This document shows, one piece after another, positions 8,598 to 17,960 of a DNA stretch of 32,000 bases. The notes beneath the pieces are model-generated. The model searched no databases, was not told where the DNA came from, and was given only the letters and a program-made list of their open reading frames with translations. The DNA comes from Promethearchaeum syntrophicum (GTDB lineage: Archaea > Asgardarchaeota > Lokiarchaeia > Sigyniarchaeales > Promethearchaeaceae): the NCBI RefSeq assembly GCF_008000775.2, contig NZ_CP042905.2, positions 120,001 to 152,000 of the forward strand, given 5' to 3'. How positions within the stretch are numbered: position 1 is the first letter of the stretch; each line of letters starts with the position of its first letter. The translations under genes and the position numbers were made by a program.

Positions 8598-9731
8598 ATG
8601 AAATCATTTCTCCCACATAGTGACATTACAAAAATTTTACAAACCCCCTTTTCAACAAGTCCGTCAATTGGACAAGCAAATATTATAATTGTTGGATGTG
8701 GTGGAGCCGGAAATAACACAGTAGACCGTCTAATGAAAATTGGAATTAGAGGTGCTTGGTGTTTAGCGATTAATACCGATCTTCAGCATTTAAAAACAAT
8801 AAATGCTCATAAAAAACTCTTAATAGGAGAAAACGTAACTCGCGGATTAGGAGCAGGAGGTAGGCCAGACATAGGATTGAAAGCAGCAGAAGAATCAAGA
8901 GAAGAAATAGATAGTCTTCTACGTGAAGGGGATTTGGTTTTTATAACTTGTGGAATGGGAGGGGGAACAGGTACAGGTAGTGCCCCTGTTGTTGCAGAAA
9001 TCGCAAAAAATTCTGGAGCTATTGTTGTAGGTGTAGTTACCATGCCATTTGATGGTGAAATGGGAAGAGTACAAAAAGCAAAAGAAGGTATTAAAGTTTT
9101 AAGAAATTACGTGGACACATTGGTTATGATTGATAATAATAGATTACTAAAAATTGCCGCAGATTTACCAATTATTGAAGCTTTTAGCCTGGCAGATGAA
9201 GTTTTAGCGACAATGGTAAAAGGAATAACGGAAACAATCTCGTTACCTTCATTAATTAATTTGGATTATGCAGATGTTAGATCTATTCTAACATCTGGAG
9301 GGGTGGCCATTGTAGGAATTGGAGAAGGAGAGGACCCTGAACGAAGGGTTGAAGAAGCAATTGAAGATGCAATTACATCTCCTCTTTTAGATTTTGATAT
9401 TTCAGGTGCTAAAGGAGCTTTAATCCATGTTACTGGAGGAAACGATTTAAAATTAATTGAGACTACAAAAGTAGCAGATTTAATTACAGAACAAATGGAT
9501 CCAAAAGCTCGAGTTATATGGGGGGCCAGGGTAGACCCAAACATGAATGGAGCAATTAGAATAATGTTGCTAATAACCGGGGTAAAATCTGCCCAAATGT
9601 TGGGAAATTCTACTAATCGATTTTTAAAGAATTCTTTTTCTAAAAATTCTTCTTTTCCTAGCCTAGCGGATGAATTCTTTAGTATTAATGAAATTAGATC
9701 GATAAACGAAGAAAATTTAAACCTTTTTTAA
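8598..9731 (+). CDS. ftsZ: Cell division GTPase FtsZ
   Basis: 377 aa; 'VGCGGAGNNTVDRL', tubulin signature 'GGGTGTGSAP', 'NTDLQHL', 'GKGIT'-like T7 region. Confidence 0.97.
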   Translation: MKSFLPHSDITKILQTPFSTSPSIGQANIIIVGCGGAGNNTVDRLMKIGIRGAWCLAINTDLQHLKTINAHKKLLIGENVTRGLGAGGRPDIGLKAAEESREEIDSLLREGDLVFITCGMGGGTGTGSAPVVAEIAKNSGAIVVGVVTMPFDGEMGRVQKAKEGIKVLRNYVDTLVMIDNNRLLKIAADLPIIEAFSLADEVLATMVKGITETISLPSLINLDYADVRSILTSGGVAIVGIGEGEDPERRVEEAIEDAITSPLLDFDISGAKGALIHVTGGNDLKLIETTKVADLITEQMDPKARVIWGARVDPNMNGAIRIMLLITGVKSAQMLGNSTNRFLKNSFSKNSSFPSLADEFFSINEIRSINEENLNLF

Positions 9732-9736
9732 AAAAA

Positions 9737-10318
9737 TTAAATTACTGGTTTCCACATCTTTGTGAATTCTTCTTGTTTCTTTTCTTGGTATTTTCTTGTT
9801 AAATACCCAAGTACTGTTTTATGAGGAAATCCTTGAATTATCATATTGATCCCTTTTTTAGCTACTTTGATTGTTTCAAAATTTCCGATTAAGGCAATAT
9901 ATTTCTTATAAATCGAGAATTGAGCTCCAGAAAATTGTTCAAATGAATTTCTGATCTTACCTTTATCACCTATTAATCTACCTTTAATTCGTTTCAATTT
10001 TTTTTCTGAATGGCCAACAATCTTTTCTAAGTCTATTATCTCTAATATATATTCTGAATCTAATAATTTCAGAGCTTTATCAGGATTAAAACCATGATTT
10101 ATCGCTTGAAGTATGTGTTGTGTCATGTAAATGCGAAGACCTGGGGATTCATTCTCATCAAATAAATCTGAAGAATTAAAATCGGGATTGGATTCTACTC
10201 TGTAATTACCCGAAATACTGTCAATAAAAATTTTTGTTCCAGTTAATTTTTCAATATGAGCTTTCGTTGAACCTTCTTTTCCAATAGCTACTGCAAGACG
10301 ATCTTTATTTAATGACAT
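9737..10318 (-). CDS. KH-domain protein of the Krr1/Pno1 (Dim2) family
   Basis: 193 aa; 'VAIGKEGSTKAHIEKLTGTKIFIDS' and 'GRLIGDKGKIRNSFEQFSGAQFSIYKKYIALIGNFE...GFPHKTVLGYL'. Confidence 0.9.
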   Translation of the reverse strand: MSLNKDRLAVAIGKEGSTKAHIEKLTGTKIFIDSISGNYRVESNPDFNSSDLFDENESPGLRIYMTQHILQAINHGFNPDKALKLLDSEYILEIIDLEKIVGHSEKKLKRIKGRLIGDKGKIRNSFEQFSGAQFSIYKKYIALIGNFETIKVAKKGINMIIQGFPHKTVLGYLTRKYQEKKQEEFTKMWKPVI

Positions 10319-10372
10319 TAAATTGATAAATAATTCAAAAGTTAAATTTTTTTTGGTTGTGAATTAAGATTT

Positions 10373-11161
10373 CTAGACATTTTTCAAAATTTTCTCAAAC
10401 ACTGCTTTAACATCGGGAACATGTTTTGAATCAATGAACTTAGAAAAATAATTTAAAACATTTTTTATATCACGTTGAAGATATACAGGAGCGTTAATGT
10501 GATAGATTGATACTGCTTGGGAAACATCAATAATTATTTGTTTTCCCTTAAAATATAATATATTAAATTCACTTAAATCTCCATGAACCAGGTGTGCGTT
10601 TAAATACATCTTACTTATTTGATCTAAAATATAATTCATTTCTTCAATAGGATTAACCAATTCATCTATATCTTTAAGGCGTTTTGCTGGAGTTCCATTT
10701 TCTTCTCCAATGAATTCCATTACTAAAATATTATCTCTACTTAGTAAAGGAGTTGGGACTAAAATGTCATGTCTTTTCATCTGTGTCAAGTTTTTGAATT
10801 CTTTTTTGCACCATGTATAGATTATTTTATGCGTTGATGTTCCTATTTTTTTAAATCGTGGATCTCCGATAATGTAATTTTTCATCCATTTAGTGTTTTG
10901 AGGATCAATTTTATAGATTTTTACAGCCAACGGAACATCTTCTTCTCCCAGGGCATAATATACATTAGCCTCTTTTCCCGCAGATATTATTCCTACAAAT
11001 TCGTTGATGATTCCTTTACTCAATATTTTATTCAAATTAACTAAGGTAAAACTATCAAAAACACCATTAAATGCTGCATGTTCCTCAGTTTTACGTTTAG
11101 ATTTCATCCGACGTTTATCTTGCTTGACTTCTAATCTGTTGATTTTGTTATCATCTTCCAA
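10373..11161 (-). CDS. rio1: RIO1-type serine/threonine protein kinase
   Basis: 262 aa; 'GIISAGKEANVYYA', 'LVHGDLSEFNILYF', 'IIIDVSQAV'. Confidence 0.95.
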   Translation of the reverse strand: MEDDNKINRLEVKQDKRRMKSKRKTEEHAAFNGVFDSFTLVNLNKILSKGIINEFVGIISAGKEANVYYALGEEDVPLAVKIYKIDPQNTKWMKNYIIGDPRFKKIGTSTHKIIYTWCKKEFKNLTQMKRHDILVPTPLLSRDNILVMEFIGEENGTPAKRLKDIDELVNPIEEMNYILDQISKMYLNAHLVHGDLSEFNILYFKGKQIIIDVSQAVSIYHINAPVYLQRDIKNVLNYFSKFIDSKHVPDVKAVFEKILKNV

Positions 11162-11177
11162 TTAGATCATCCCTTGA

Positions 11178-12101
11178 CTAATTTGATTCTAAGAAAAGCC
11201 ATTTCTTTCCTTGAAAATCAGAATATTTTACATTTTTAATTTTTCCACCACTAACTATTTGTAAAGAAATTCTGTTTTTGGAAATGCTTTTTACATAATA
11301 TTTTATTCCTTCAAAAAGAATAAGATCGTTTTTATCAACTGGAATTAATCTTAAAAGTGTAGATAGTCGATATAAATCAGAACCCTTCTCAGAATCAACA
11401 CCTATCAATTTTTTTGAAACTTTTATTTCGAAATGATATTTTTTTCTCAATCTGGCTATTAATACCCTTGCCATCGCATTTGTACTGACTTTTAAGTCAA
11501 ACCCATTAGTCACGTTATCAATTTTTGAAATAAAGTTTGATAATCTTTTAAAATTCTCTTTTTCTTCAATTTTTAAACAATAAGCTAGAATTTCTTGTAA
11601 TTTTTTTTCATCTTTTTGATGTTGAATCCGAATTTGAACAATCGCATCAAATCGACCACCACTTCTTTTTGCGCAATAAGGACAATTAATATCACGAATT
11701 TTAATAAGGAGTTCTTCTTGAACTTCAGGAAGGTCTTTTGATATTATGCTTACAGTAGTTTTTATATCAACCCGTTCAGAAAGATCAGGATTCTCAAAAG
11801 AAAATTCACTTTTAACATTAAATTTTTTATTAAATTTGAGGAAAATATTTTCTTTAAGTATTTTTTTTAAGAAATCATTGTCATCTATTTCTAATGATTT
11901 ATATTGCCAACTATATTCTTGATCTTTAGTTTTTAAGGAATAGGCACCACAATATATACAATTTCGTAATGTGAATTTCTCCGGTATAATATAATTTGGA
12001 ATAATTTTTGAATTACAATCAGTACATAAGTAATTGTTATAATTATTTGATTCCTCACTAAGGGGTCTACCACATTTTGCACAAAATTTTCGTAATTTCA
12101 T
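11178..12101 (-). CDS. NMD3-like zinc-finger protein
   Basis: 307 aa; N-terminal 'CAKCGRPL...CTDC', 'CIYCGAYSLKTKDQEYSW', 'CPYCAKRSGGRFDAIVQIR' are Nmd3 features. Confidence 0.88.
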   Translation of the reverse strand: MKLRKFCAKCGRPLSEESNNYNNYLCTDCNSKIIPNYIIPEKFTLRNCIYCGAYSLKTKDQEYSWQYKSLEIDDNDFLKKILKENIFLKFNKKFNVKSEFSFENPDLSERVDIKTTVSIISKDLPEVQEELLIKIRDINCPYCAKRSGGRFDAIVQIRIQHQKDEKKLQEILAYCLKIEEKENFKRLSNFISKIDNVTNGFDLKVSTNAMARVLIARLRKKYHFEIKVSKKLIGVDSEKGSDLYRLSTLLRLIPVDKNDLILFEGIKYYVKSISKNRISLQIVSGGKIKNVKYSDFQGKKWLFLESN

Positions 12102-12127
12102 TTTGAATATATTCCTAGAAGATAAAT

Positions 12128-12424
12128 CTAAAAAAGAAATTTAATTGCAATAGGGATGCCATCTATTTCTAAAACCCCTTCAGGAGGTATTATTTTAGTT
12201 TCTATCAAAGCTTTAATAATATTTTTACCTACAGCGTTGAAATTTGATGACTTCTCTAATATTTTAATTGCCTCTTCAATTGGAACTAAATTATCTCTAA
12301 AAAATGCGTCTGAAACATGATAATTAAATTCTCCTTGTTTTAAACGTAAATTGATACAATCTTCATCGCAAACACCAATAATTTGGTTTGTTGCTTGTGA
12401 ATGAATTTTTAGAAAACATTTCAT
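12128..12424 (-). CDS. DUF424 family protein
   Basis: 98 aa; 'DEDCINLRLKQGEFNYHVSDAFFRDNLVPIEEAIKILEKSSNFNAVGKNIIKALIE' and adjacency to aIF2beta/NMD3. Confidence 0.75.
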   Translation of the reverse strand: MKCFLKIHSQATNQIIGVCDEDCINLRLKQGEFNYHVSDAFFRDNLVPIEEAIKILEKSSNFNAVGKNIIKALIETKIIPPEGVLEIDGIPIAIKFLF

Positions 12425-12455
12425 AGAATTTACTCCAGATTAATTTAAATTATAA

Positions 12456-12890
12456 TTATAATTTTACAGGATGGCGAGTTCCACATGCATGACAAACTAA
12501 AAGATGAGATCTCCCTTCTTTGATAATTACTGTATCAGGTTTTAAACATGTCTCACAAATTACAAATTTTTCGCAATAGTTCTTAATTAATCTGTCAATC
12601 GTGCTTAATTTTTGCTTTCCTTTTAAAATTGCTTTATTTCCTTTGATTCCACCAGCTGTCCCGACTTCTTGTAATATAAATTTAATAAAATGTTTGTCAT
12701 CTCTCTTAAGATTCTCAATAATCTCTTTAAAATTAACGATTAAGGTATTTTTTCCTTCAAATTCAAGACGAGCAGTTGGGATCTTCCAACGATCTGTCTC
12801 ATGGAACCCTTCTGGTATTTTTTCAAACGCTCTATCTAGTAATTTAGTATATTCTTCTTCAGACATTATATATCTGAAAGAATAAAGCAA
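12456..12890 (-). CDS. eif2b: Translation initiation factor 2 subunit beta
   Basis: 144 aa; 'RWKIPTARLEFEGKNTLIVNF', 'LQEVGTAGGIKGNKAILKGK', C-terminal ribbon 'CETCLKPDT...CHACGTRHPV'. Confidence 0.95.
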   Translation of the reverse strand: MLYSFRYIMSEEEYTKLLDRAFEKIPEGFHETDRWKIPTARLEFEGKNTLIVNFKEIIENLKRDDKHFIKFILQEVGTAGGIKGNKAILKGKQKLSTIDRLIKNYCEKFVICETCLKPDTVIIKEGRSHLLVCHACGTRHPVKL

Positions 12891-12907
12891 AAAAAATTTT
12901 GTTATTT

Positions 12908-13750
12908 TTAATAGGATGAATAAAAACCAGGATGTACTTTATAAATTTTAACATCTTGACACAACTGATCAATAATTTTCTTTATTTCTGCCATATTAAT
13001 TGAGAAAATTTTACCAATTTCCTCAATCGAAACACCATCTCCTTTATCATTTTCTTGAATGTAAATAACAATTTCATCCATTTGATCTAGACCTTTGAAA
13101 AGATCTGAATCGGGTTTGGATTTTTCATCAGATGGTTCAATTTTTTTTTTTCTTCCGCTTTTTTCATTGATTTTTATTTCTTCTATAATTTTTTCTGGAA
13201 AATCTTCACTTTTATCTTCATCCTTTGATTCAAAATCAAAATCATTAAAATTAATAGGGGTTATTTTCTCAATTTCAAAAGTTGGTTCAAGCTTTCTTCT
13301 TTTTAAAACCTCTAAAATATGATGTAATTCATCATTTGGATTTTCTATTTTACGGATGAATTTTAAATTAAGATTTATTTTATCCTGGTAAGATCTAGTG
13401 TTTCCAACTATATCAACTAAGGTCCCATATGTTATTTTGGAATAATCTTCAAATTTGACACCCCAGAGAGTGCAATTTAATCTTCCAGTACCGTCATCAA
13501 TTTGAAAGAAAATTCGAGTATTATCATTTGAAGTATTTGAAATAAATGATTCTTCAACATTTTCTTTAGTAACTTCTTTCTTCTGAGTCACTGTACCGCA
13601 AATTCTCACAGTCTTTATCTTTCCATAACGAGAAGCGAGTAGATTTTCATCAGGTAACCATTGTCCTTCATATAAATCTCCTATCAAAACTCGCTTGGCG
13701 GGATTTCTTTTGTATCTTTGTGCATCCGAATTAACTTTATTCAAATTCAT
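12908..13750 (-). CDS. OB-fold nucleic-acid-binding protein with C-terminal winged helix (RPA2-like)
   Basis: 280 aa; OB core 'VRICGTVTQKKEV...FFQIDDGTGRLNCTLWGVKFED...IVGNTRSYQDKINLNLKFIRKI'; C-terminal wH 'GVSIEEIGKIFSINMAEIKKIIDQLCQDVKIYKVHPGFYSSY'. Confidence 0.85.
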   Translation of the reverse strand: MNLNKVNSDAQRYKRNPAKRVLIGDLYEGQWLPDENLLASRYGKIKTVRICGTVTQKKEVTKENVEESFISNTSNDNTRIFFQIDDGTGRLNCTLWGVKFEDYSKITYGTLVDIVGNTRSYQDKINLNLKFIRKIENPNDELHHILEVLKRRKLEPTFEIEKITPINFNDFDFESKDEDKSEDFPEKIIEEIKINEKSGRKKKIEPSDEKSKPDSDLFKGLDQMDEIVIYIQENDKGDGVSIEEIGKIFSINMAEIKKIIDQLCQDVKIYKVHPGFYSSY

Positions 13751-13962
13751 CTATATCCACTATTCTTAATAATCACTAAAAAAATAAAAAGAAATATATT
13801 TATCCTCAAATATATTTATTCGGCCTTATGTTCTTAAGCATTGATTAGCATTTGCGATGATTCAATGCGAGTTGCATAAGGCTTTATTTAAAAGGACGGA
13901 ATTAGATGAAAAAGTTTTTAGTAAATGAAACATAGAGAAATATATTAAGATTTTTTATCAAA

Positions 13963-14074
13963 AGCGGGATAGGCTAGTCAGGTTCAGGCTGCAGGGCTCA
14001 TAATTAAATGGGATTTACCCAATTTTAAAATTGTGAAACCCTGAGATCGGATGGTTCAAATCCTCCTCCCGCTA
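13963..14074 (+). tRNA. Initiator tRNA-Met (CAT) with ~35-nt intron at position 37/38 (intron 14003..14037)
   Basis: Acceptor AGCGGGA/TCCCGCT with A1:U72, anticodon stem CAGGG/CCCTG (GGG:CCC), loop CTCATAA after removing the intron, T loop TTCAAAT. Confidence 0.93.
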
Positions 14075-14139
14075 TATTTTTATTTATTTTGCAATAAAAA
14101 ATTAACAATTTTATTATCCGATATTTAATTTTAAAACAT

Positions 14140-16281
14140 ATGACGTTTGTGGAAGTTTTATTAGGTTTCATCACAGAACCAATCTTTATAATTTCATGTA
14201 TATTTTGGATTCTAACTTTAATACTTATCAAAGTATTGGGAAAAAAAAAAGAAAATGTAACATTATTCTTCCCATTTCTTGTTTTATTTAAAAGTAAAAT
14301 ATTCAATCGCTTCTTTAAAAAAATTAGTGGAAAAGGAAGGCGTTTATGGAAATTATGGTGGAATATTGGAATAATAGTCTCCTTCTTGCTAATGATTTAT
14401 GCAATTTATTTCTTCATTTCTAATTTTTTTGCTCTAATTTTTAATCCTCAACCGGAAAATGCACTTACGCCAATAATACCTGGTGTTACAATAAGTTTTC
14501 CAATATTTTCATATTTTATATTACCCATTTTATTTGCTATGACAATTCATGAATTTTCCCATGCTATTGCAGCAGAAATAGATGGAGTTAGTGTAAAATC
14601 TTCAGGAATATTCGGAGCTGGTATTTTCTTAATTGTTGGGTTTGGTGCTTTTGTTGAAGTTGATGAGTTTCAATTATATTCAAAAAACTATTCGATTGGT
14701 ACAAGATTAAGGGTTGCTTCAGCAGGTATATGGTCAAATATAGTTATTGCAGGAATATTTTTCCTTCTTCTTCTTGGATTTCCTACAATCATGAATGTTG
14801 GATATCATTCTGAAGGTTTTCAGGTTAGCTATGTTCTTCCGTATGATGAAGGAGGATTTAATGAAAATAATTTGGAAATTGGAGATATTGTTTATAAAAT
14901 TAATGATATTGTTGTAGATAATAATAATAATGCTAATCTAAATGATATTCTAATGAATAAAACAGATTTAAGTTGTTCGATTGGAGATCAATTGGAATTT
15001 AAATGTATTAATGGAACAACTGGAGAAGAATATATAAGGGATGTTACGTTAGGGTTTAATTCATTTGTAGGATTTGATTGGGTTCGATTAAACAACACTG
15101 CTATCAATATAACAAATGTCTATTCTTGGCTAAGAGCAGGAAATAACTACAATTTAGATCTTAAAGGAAAAATTATAGTAAAAATAAATGAAACTTTAAT
15201 AAACTATCAGAATAATCAAACTTTTGAAGTTTTTCTAACCCAAAACAAACCCAGCTATAAATTGAATATTACTTCAGATGTGGGAGAAACTTATGAAATA
15301 AGTGTAGATTTTTATTCAAATATTCCTGGAGCTCACCTTCTTAATGACATTTTTTTAGGATTGAATATTGAAAAAAATTCTGTTAATTCAGTCAATATTA
15401 CAGAAGTGTTTAAAAATGCATCAGAGTCTGGAATAAATGAGGGAAGAATCCCTGAAAACACGATAATTACTAAAATTAATGGAATTCAAATATTATTATC
15501 CAATCAATCATTTAAGGAATTTTTCACAGAAAAATTTTCACTTAAACCAGGTGAAACTCTTATCTTTACTGATGGAAATGAAAATAACTATACTCTTATT
15601 ACGTCTGAAAAACCAATAGTCCCTGTTTTAATTGGAATTGGAACAATATCTTATTGGGTACCTTCAAATTGGCTTGGAAGGTTAATTGGAGGTTTATTTC
15701 CTTATGAAATTAATATATTTGTATCATTTACGTTTATGATTTCATTGAGTTTAGCGTTATTTAATCTTTTGCCAATTTCGATTTTTGATGGTGGAAGGAT
15801 GATGAAGGAATTATTACATATCGTTATTGGGACAAAAAATATTGATAAAGAAGCAAAGAAAAAACTTCTTTATGAATTCGATATTGAAAACTCCAAGCAA
15901 CATTTATTTACTCATAGTATAAATGAGGTGATCAGAGTTAGAGAATTAATTCCGTTGGATGCTATTATAATTAATGGAAATGAATCTAATAATTATGGAG
16001 AAATAGAAACTAAGAATGGAAAATCCTTTAAAGGACGAGATTTATTATATAAAACTCATGATACATCAAATGATGGTTTTATTGATACAGTAGAGATTAA
16101 TGAAGATCAAAATATTGAAACGAAAAGGCTTATTGAAGTAGAGATAGAATATGAACAAGATTTAAAAGAAATTCCTAAAAAACGAATATATAGAATAATA
16201 TCTTCAATTATGGGCGTAGTTATTATAGCAAGTTTCATCATTTCTCTTATTAAATTTGGAACTTCAATTTTTTGGTTTTAA
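14140..16281 (+). CDS. M50-family (site-2-protease-like) membrane metalloprotease with PDZ-like domains
   Basis: 713 aa; 'MTIHEFSHAIAAE' (HExxH) in a TM helix, PDZ-like 'YDEGGFNENNLEIGDIVYKINDI', second metal ligand 'LLPISIFDGGRM'. Confidence 0.93.
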   Translation: MTFVEVLLGFITEPIFIISCIFWILTLILIKVLGKKKENVTLFFPFLVLFKSKIFNRFFKKISGKGRRLWKLWWNIGIIVSFLLMIYAIYFFISNFFALIFNPQPENALTPIIPGVTISFPIFSYFILPILFAMTIHEFSHAIAAEIDGVSVKSSGIFGAGIFLIVGFGAFVEVDEFQLYSKNYSIGTRLRVASAGIWSNIVIAGIFFLLLLGFPTIMNVGYHSEGFQVSYVLPYDEGGFNENNLEIGDIVYKINDIVVDNNNNANLNDILMNKTDLSCSIGDQLEFKCINGTTGEEYIRDVTLGFNSFVGFDWVRLNNTAINITNVYSWLRAGNNYNLDLKGKIIVKINETLINYQNNQTFEVFLTQNKPSYKLNITSDVGETYEISVDFYSNIPGAHLLNDIFLGLNIEKNSVNSVNITEVFKNASESGINEGRIPENTIITKINGIQILLSNQSFKEFFTEKFSLKPGETLIFTDGNENNYTLITSEKPIVPVLIGIGTISYWVPSNWLGRLIGGLFPYEINIFVSFTFMISLSLALFNLLPISIFDGGRMMKELLHIVIGTKNIDKEAKKKLLYEFDIENSKQHLFTHSINEVIRVRELIPLDAIIINGNESNNYGEIETKNGKSFKGRDLLYKTHDTSNDGFIDTVEINEDQNIETKRLIEVEIEYEQDLKEIPKKRIYRIISSIMGVVIIASFIISLIKFGTSIFWF

Positions 16282-16294
16282 AAATGGGATAAAA

Positions 16295-17260
16295 ATGAAA
16301 TGTAATTACTGTTCTAATGAGGCTGTTTATCACAGAAAAATTTCAAACGAGTATGTTTGTAAAATCCATTTCATAAAAACAATTGAAAAGAAGATTCGGA
16401 AAACAATAAGAAAATACCGTATGTTTTCTCCAAAAGATAAAGTTGTGGTTGGACTTTCTGGAGGAAAAGATTCGTTAGTTCTATTATACAACATTCTCGA
16501 ACTACAGAAAAGATACTCAGATTCTCCAATTGTGGAAGCTATTCTAATTGATGAGGGAATAGAGGGATATCGAACAGAAAGTATAGATATTGCAGAGAGA
16601 ATGTGCAGAGAATGGAAAACACCCCTCCATATTGTTCTAATTAAAAATATCTTTGGAAAAAGTATTGATGGATTAATTCCTAATCTTAAAGATTTAAACG
16701 TTAATGCTTGTACAATTTGTGGTACTGTTCGTAGAAGATTATTAAATGATAAAGCTTTTGAATTGGGAGCTGATTGTCTTGCCATTGGTCATAATTTGGA
16801 TGATCAAATTGAAACTTTTTTACAGAATATTGTTCGAAATGATCTTAAACAAATATTACTTCATCCTCCCAATGGTAATGTAAAGAGTGATAAAAAAGAG
16901 ATTATAAAACGTATTAAACCCTTAATGGCAATCCCAGAAGCAGAAATCACGTTATATTGTTATTATAAAGAAATCCCTATTCAAGTTACTCCCTGCCCCT
17001 ATGTGGAAGGATATTATATTTTACGGAAAAAAATCCAAGATTTCATAAATATTTTAGGAAATCAAAGCCCAGAAATAAAATACAATTTACTGACCATGAA
17101 TGAAAAATTAATAGAACAGGTTTCGATTAACTATTTAAAGAAGGAATTAGACCAAAAACCAAAAAAAAATGGAGTTTGCAAGGTTTGTCAAATGTCCTGT
17201 GGATTAAATAGAGATATTTGCTATTATTGTGAACTAAAAAAAGAGTTAAATCTTAATTAA
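16295..17260 (+). CDS. tRNA 2-thiolation PP-loop ATPase, TtuA/Ncs6 (CTU1) family
   Basis: 'KVVVGLSGGKDSLVLLY', 'ACTICGTVRRRLLN', 'LAIGHNLDDQIETFLQN', N-terminal 'CNYC' and C-terminal 'CKVCQMSCGLNRDICYYC' zinc fingers; start 16295 (MKCNYC) preferred over track start 16256. Confidence 0.93.
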   Translation: MKCNYCSNEAVYHRKISNEYVCKIHFIKTIEKKIRKTIRKYRMFSPKDKVVVGLSGGKDSLVLLYNILELQKRYSDSPIVEAILIDEGIEGYRTESIDIAERMCREWKTPLHIVLIKNIFGKSIDGLIPNLKDLNVNACTICGTVRRRLLNDKAFELGADCLAIGHNLDDQIETFLQNIVRNDLKQILLHPPNGNVKSDKKEIIKRIKPLMAIPEAEITLYCYYKEIPIQVTPCPYVEGYYILRKKIQDFINILGNQSPEIKYNLLTMNEKLIEQVSINYLKKELDQKPKKNGVCKVCQMSCGLNRDICYYCELKKELNLN

Positions 17261-17270
17261 TAAATTTTCA

Positions 17271-17828
17271 TCATTGTGGAACAATATTTCCCATATTACC
17301 TAATTCAAGATTTTTCTTACATATCGGACAACTATGGCGCATTTTTATCCATTCTGATAGATGATCAGAATGAGCTTTAGAACCACATAATGGACAAGCT
17401 AAGATTTCATCAAAAATTTGGATTCCTTTCCCACAAACACTACATTTAACAGATTCTTTACTATTAACTTTTATTAATGATTTTTCCAAGTCTAAACCAA
17501 TATCTTGGACAGTATCTTCAGATGGAGTTATTAAACGTAGATCTTTTCCCCCTCTTTCGGAAGAAGCAATGCACATTACAGTTCCTTGACTATTATCTTC
17601 TCTATTACCAATCCATTTAACTATTCCAGAGAAGATAACTCTTCCATCTTTTGCAATCAAGATCTTTAAATTATTATTTTCCATTATGTAAGTCTGAATA
17701 ACTTTAGTAGTTTGAATGCCTGCAATTGAGGATGAAATGCCTTGAACCAAATATTTTGGACCTTTAAGAACTAACGGTTTTAAGTTAATTATTCCTAGTT
17801 TTTTAGTTTTCTTAGCCATTAAAATCAA
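17271..17828 (-). CDS. RING-like zinc-finger protein
   Basis: 185 aa; C-terminal C-x2-C-x12-C-x2-C-x4-H-x2-H-x10-C-x2-C with W after the H pair ('SDHLSEW') and CPIC. Confidence 0.72.
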   Translation of the reverse strand: MILMAKKTKKLGIINLKPLVLKGPKYLVQGISSSIAGIQTTKVIQTYIMENNNLKILIAKDGRVIFSGIVKWIGNREDNSQGTVMCIASSERGGKDLRLITPSEDTVQDIGLDLEKSLIKVNSKESVKCSVCGKGIQIFDEILACPLCGSKAHSDHLSEWIKMRHSCPICKKNLELGNMGNIVPQ

Positions 17829-17960
17829 CTTTCTAAATTTGCTCTAAATTATATTGGTGCGATTCACCTAAAAAAAATTCCCCTTTAAAAATTTCTGACC
17901 ATTTGGACTTTAAAAGGAATTTTAATAATTAATTTTTAATTGATAGAAAAATAAATTTTA

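Noticed and set aside
8807-9544. Antisense ORFs 8807..9043 and 9266..9544
   Set aside because: They lie opposite the strongly conserved ftsZ coding sequence and have no recognisable features.
12601-13322. Plus-strand ORFs 12601..12885 and 13095..13322
   Set aside because: Antisense to aIF2beta and the OB-fold gene; Ser/Leu/Phe-rich translation typical of antisense to charged coding sequence.
13850-13925. Possible C/D-box-like element (GCGATGATTC) upstream of tRNA-Met
   Set aside because: No D box (CTGA) or convincing kink-turn partner at the right distance.
14025-14306. Minus-strand ORF overlapping tRNA-Met and the M50 gene
   Set aside because: Its C-terminus 'GGGFEPSDLRVSQF' is a translation of the tRNA; the rest is antisense to the protease gene.
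16330-16785. Antisense 151-aa ORF inside the TtuA/Ncs6-like gene
   Set aside because: Opposite conserved PP-loop coding sequence; no independent evidence.
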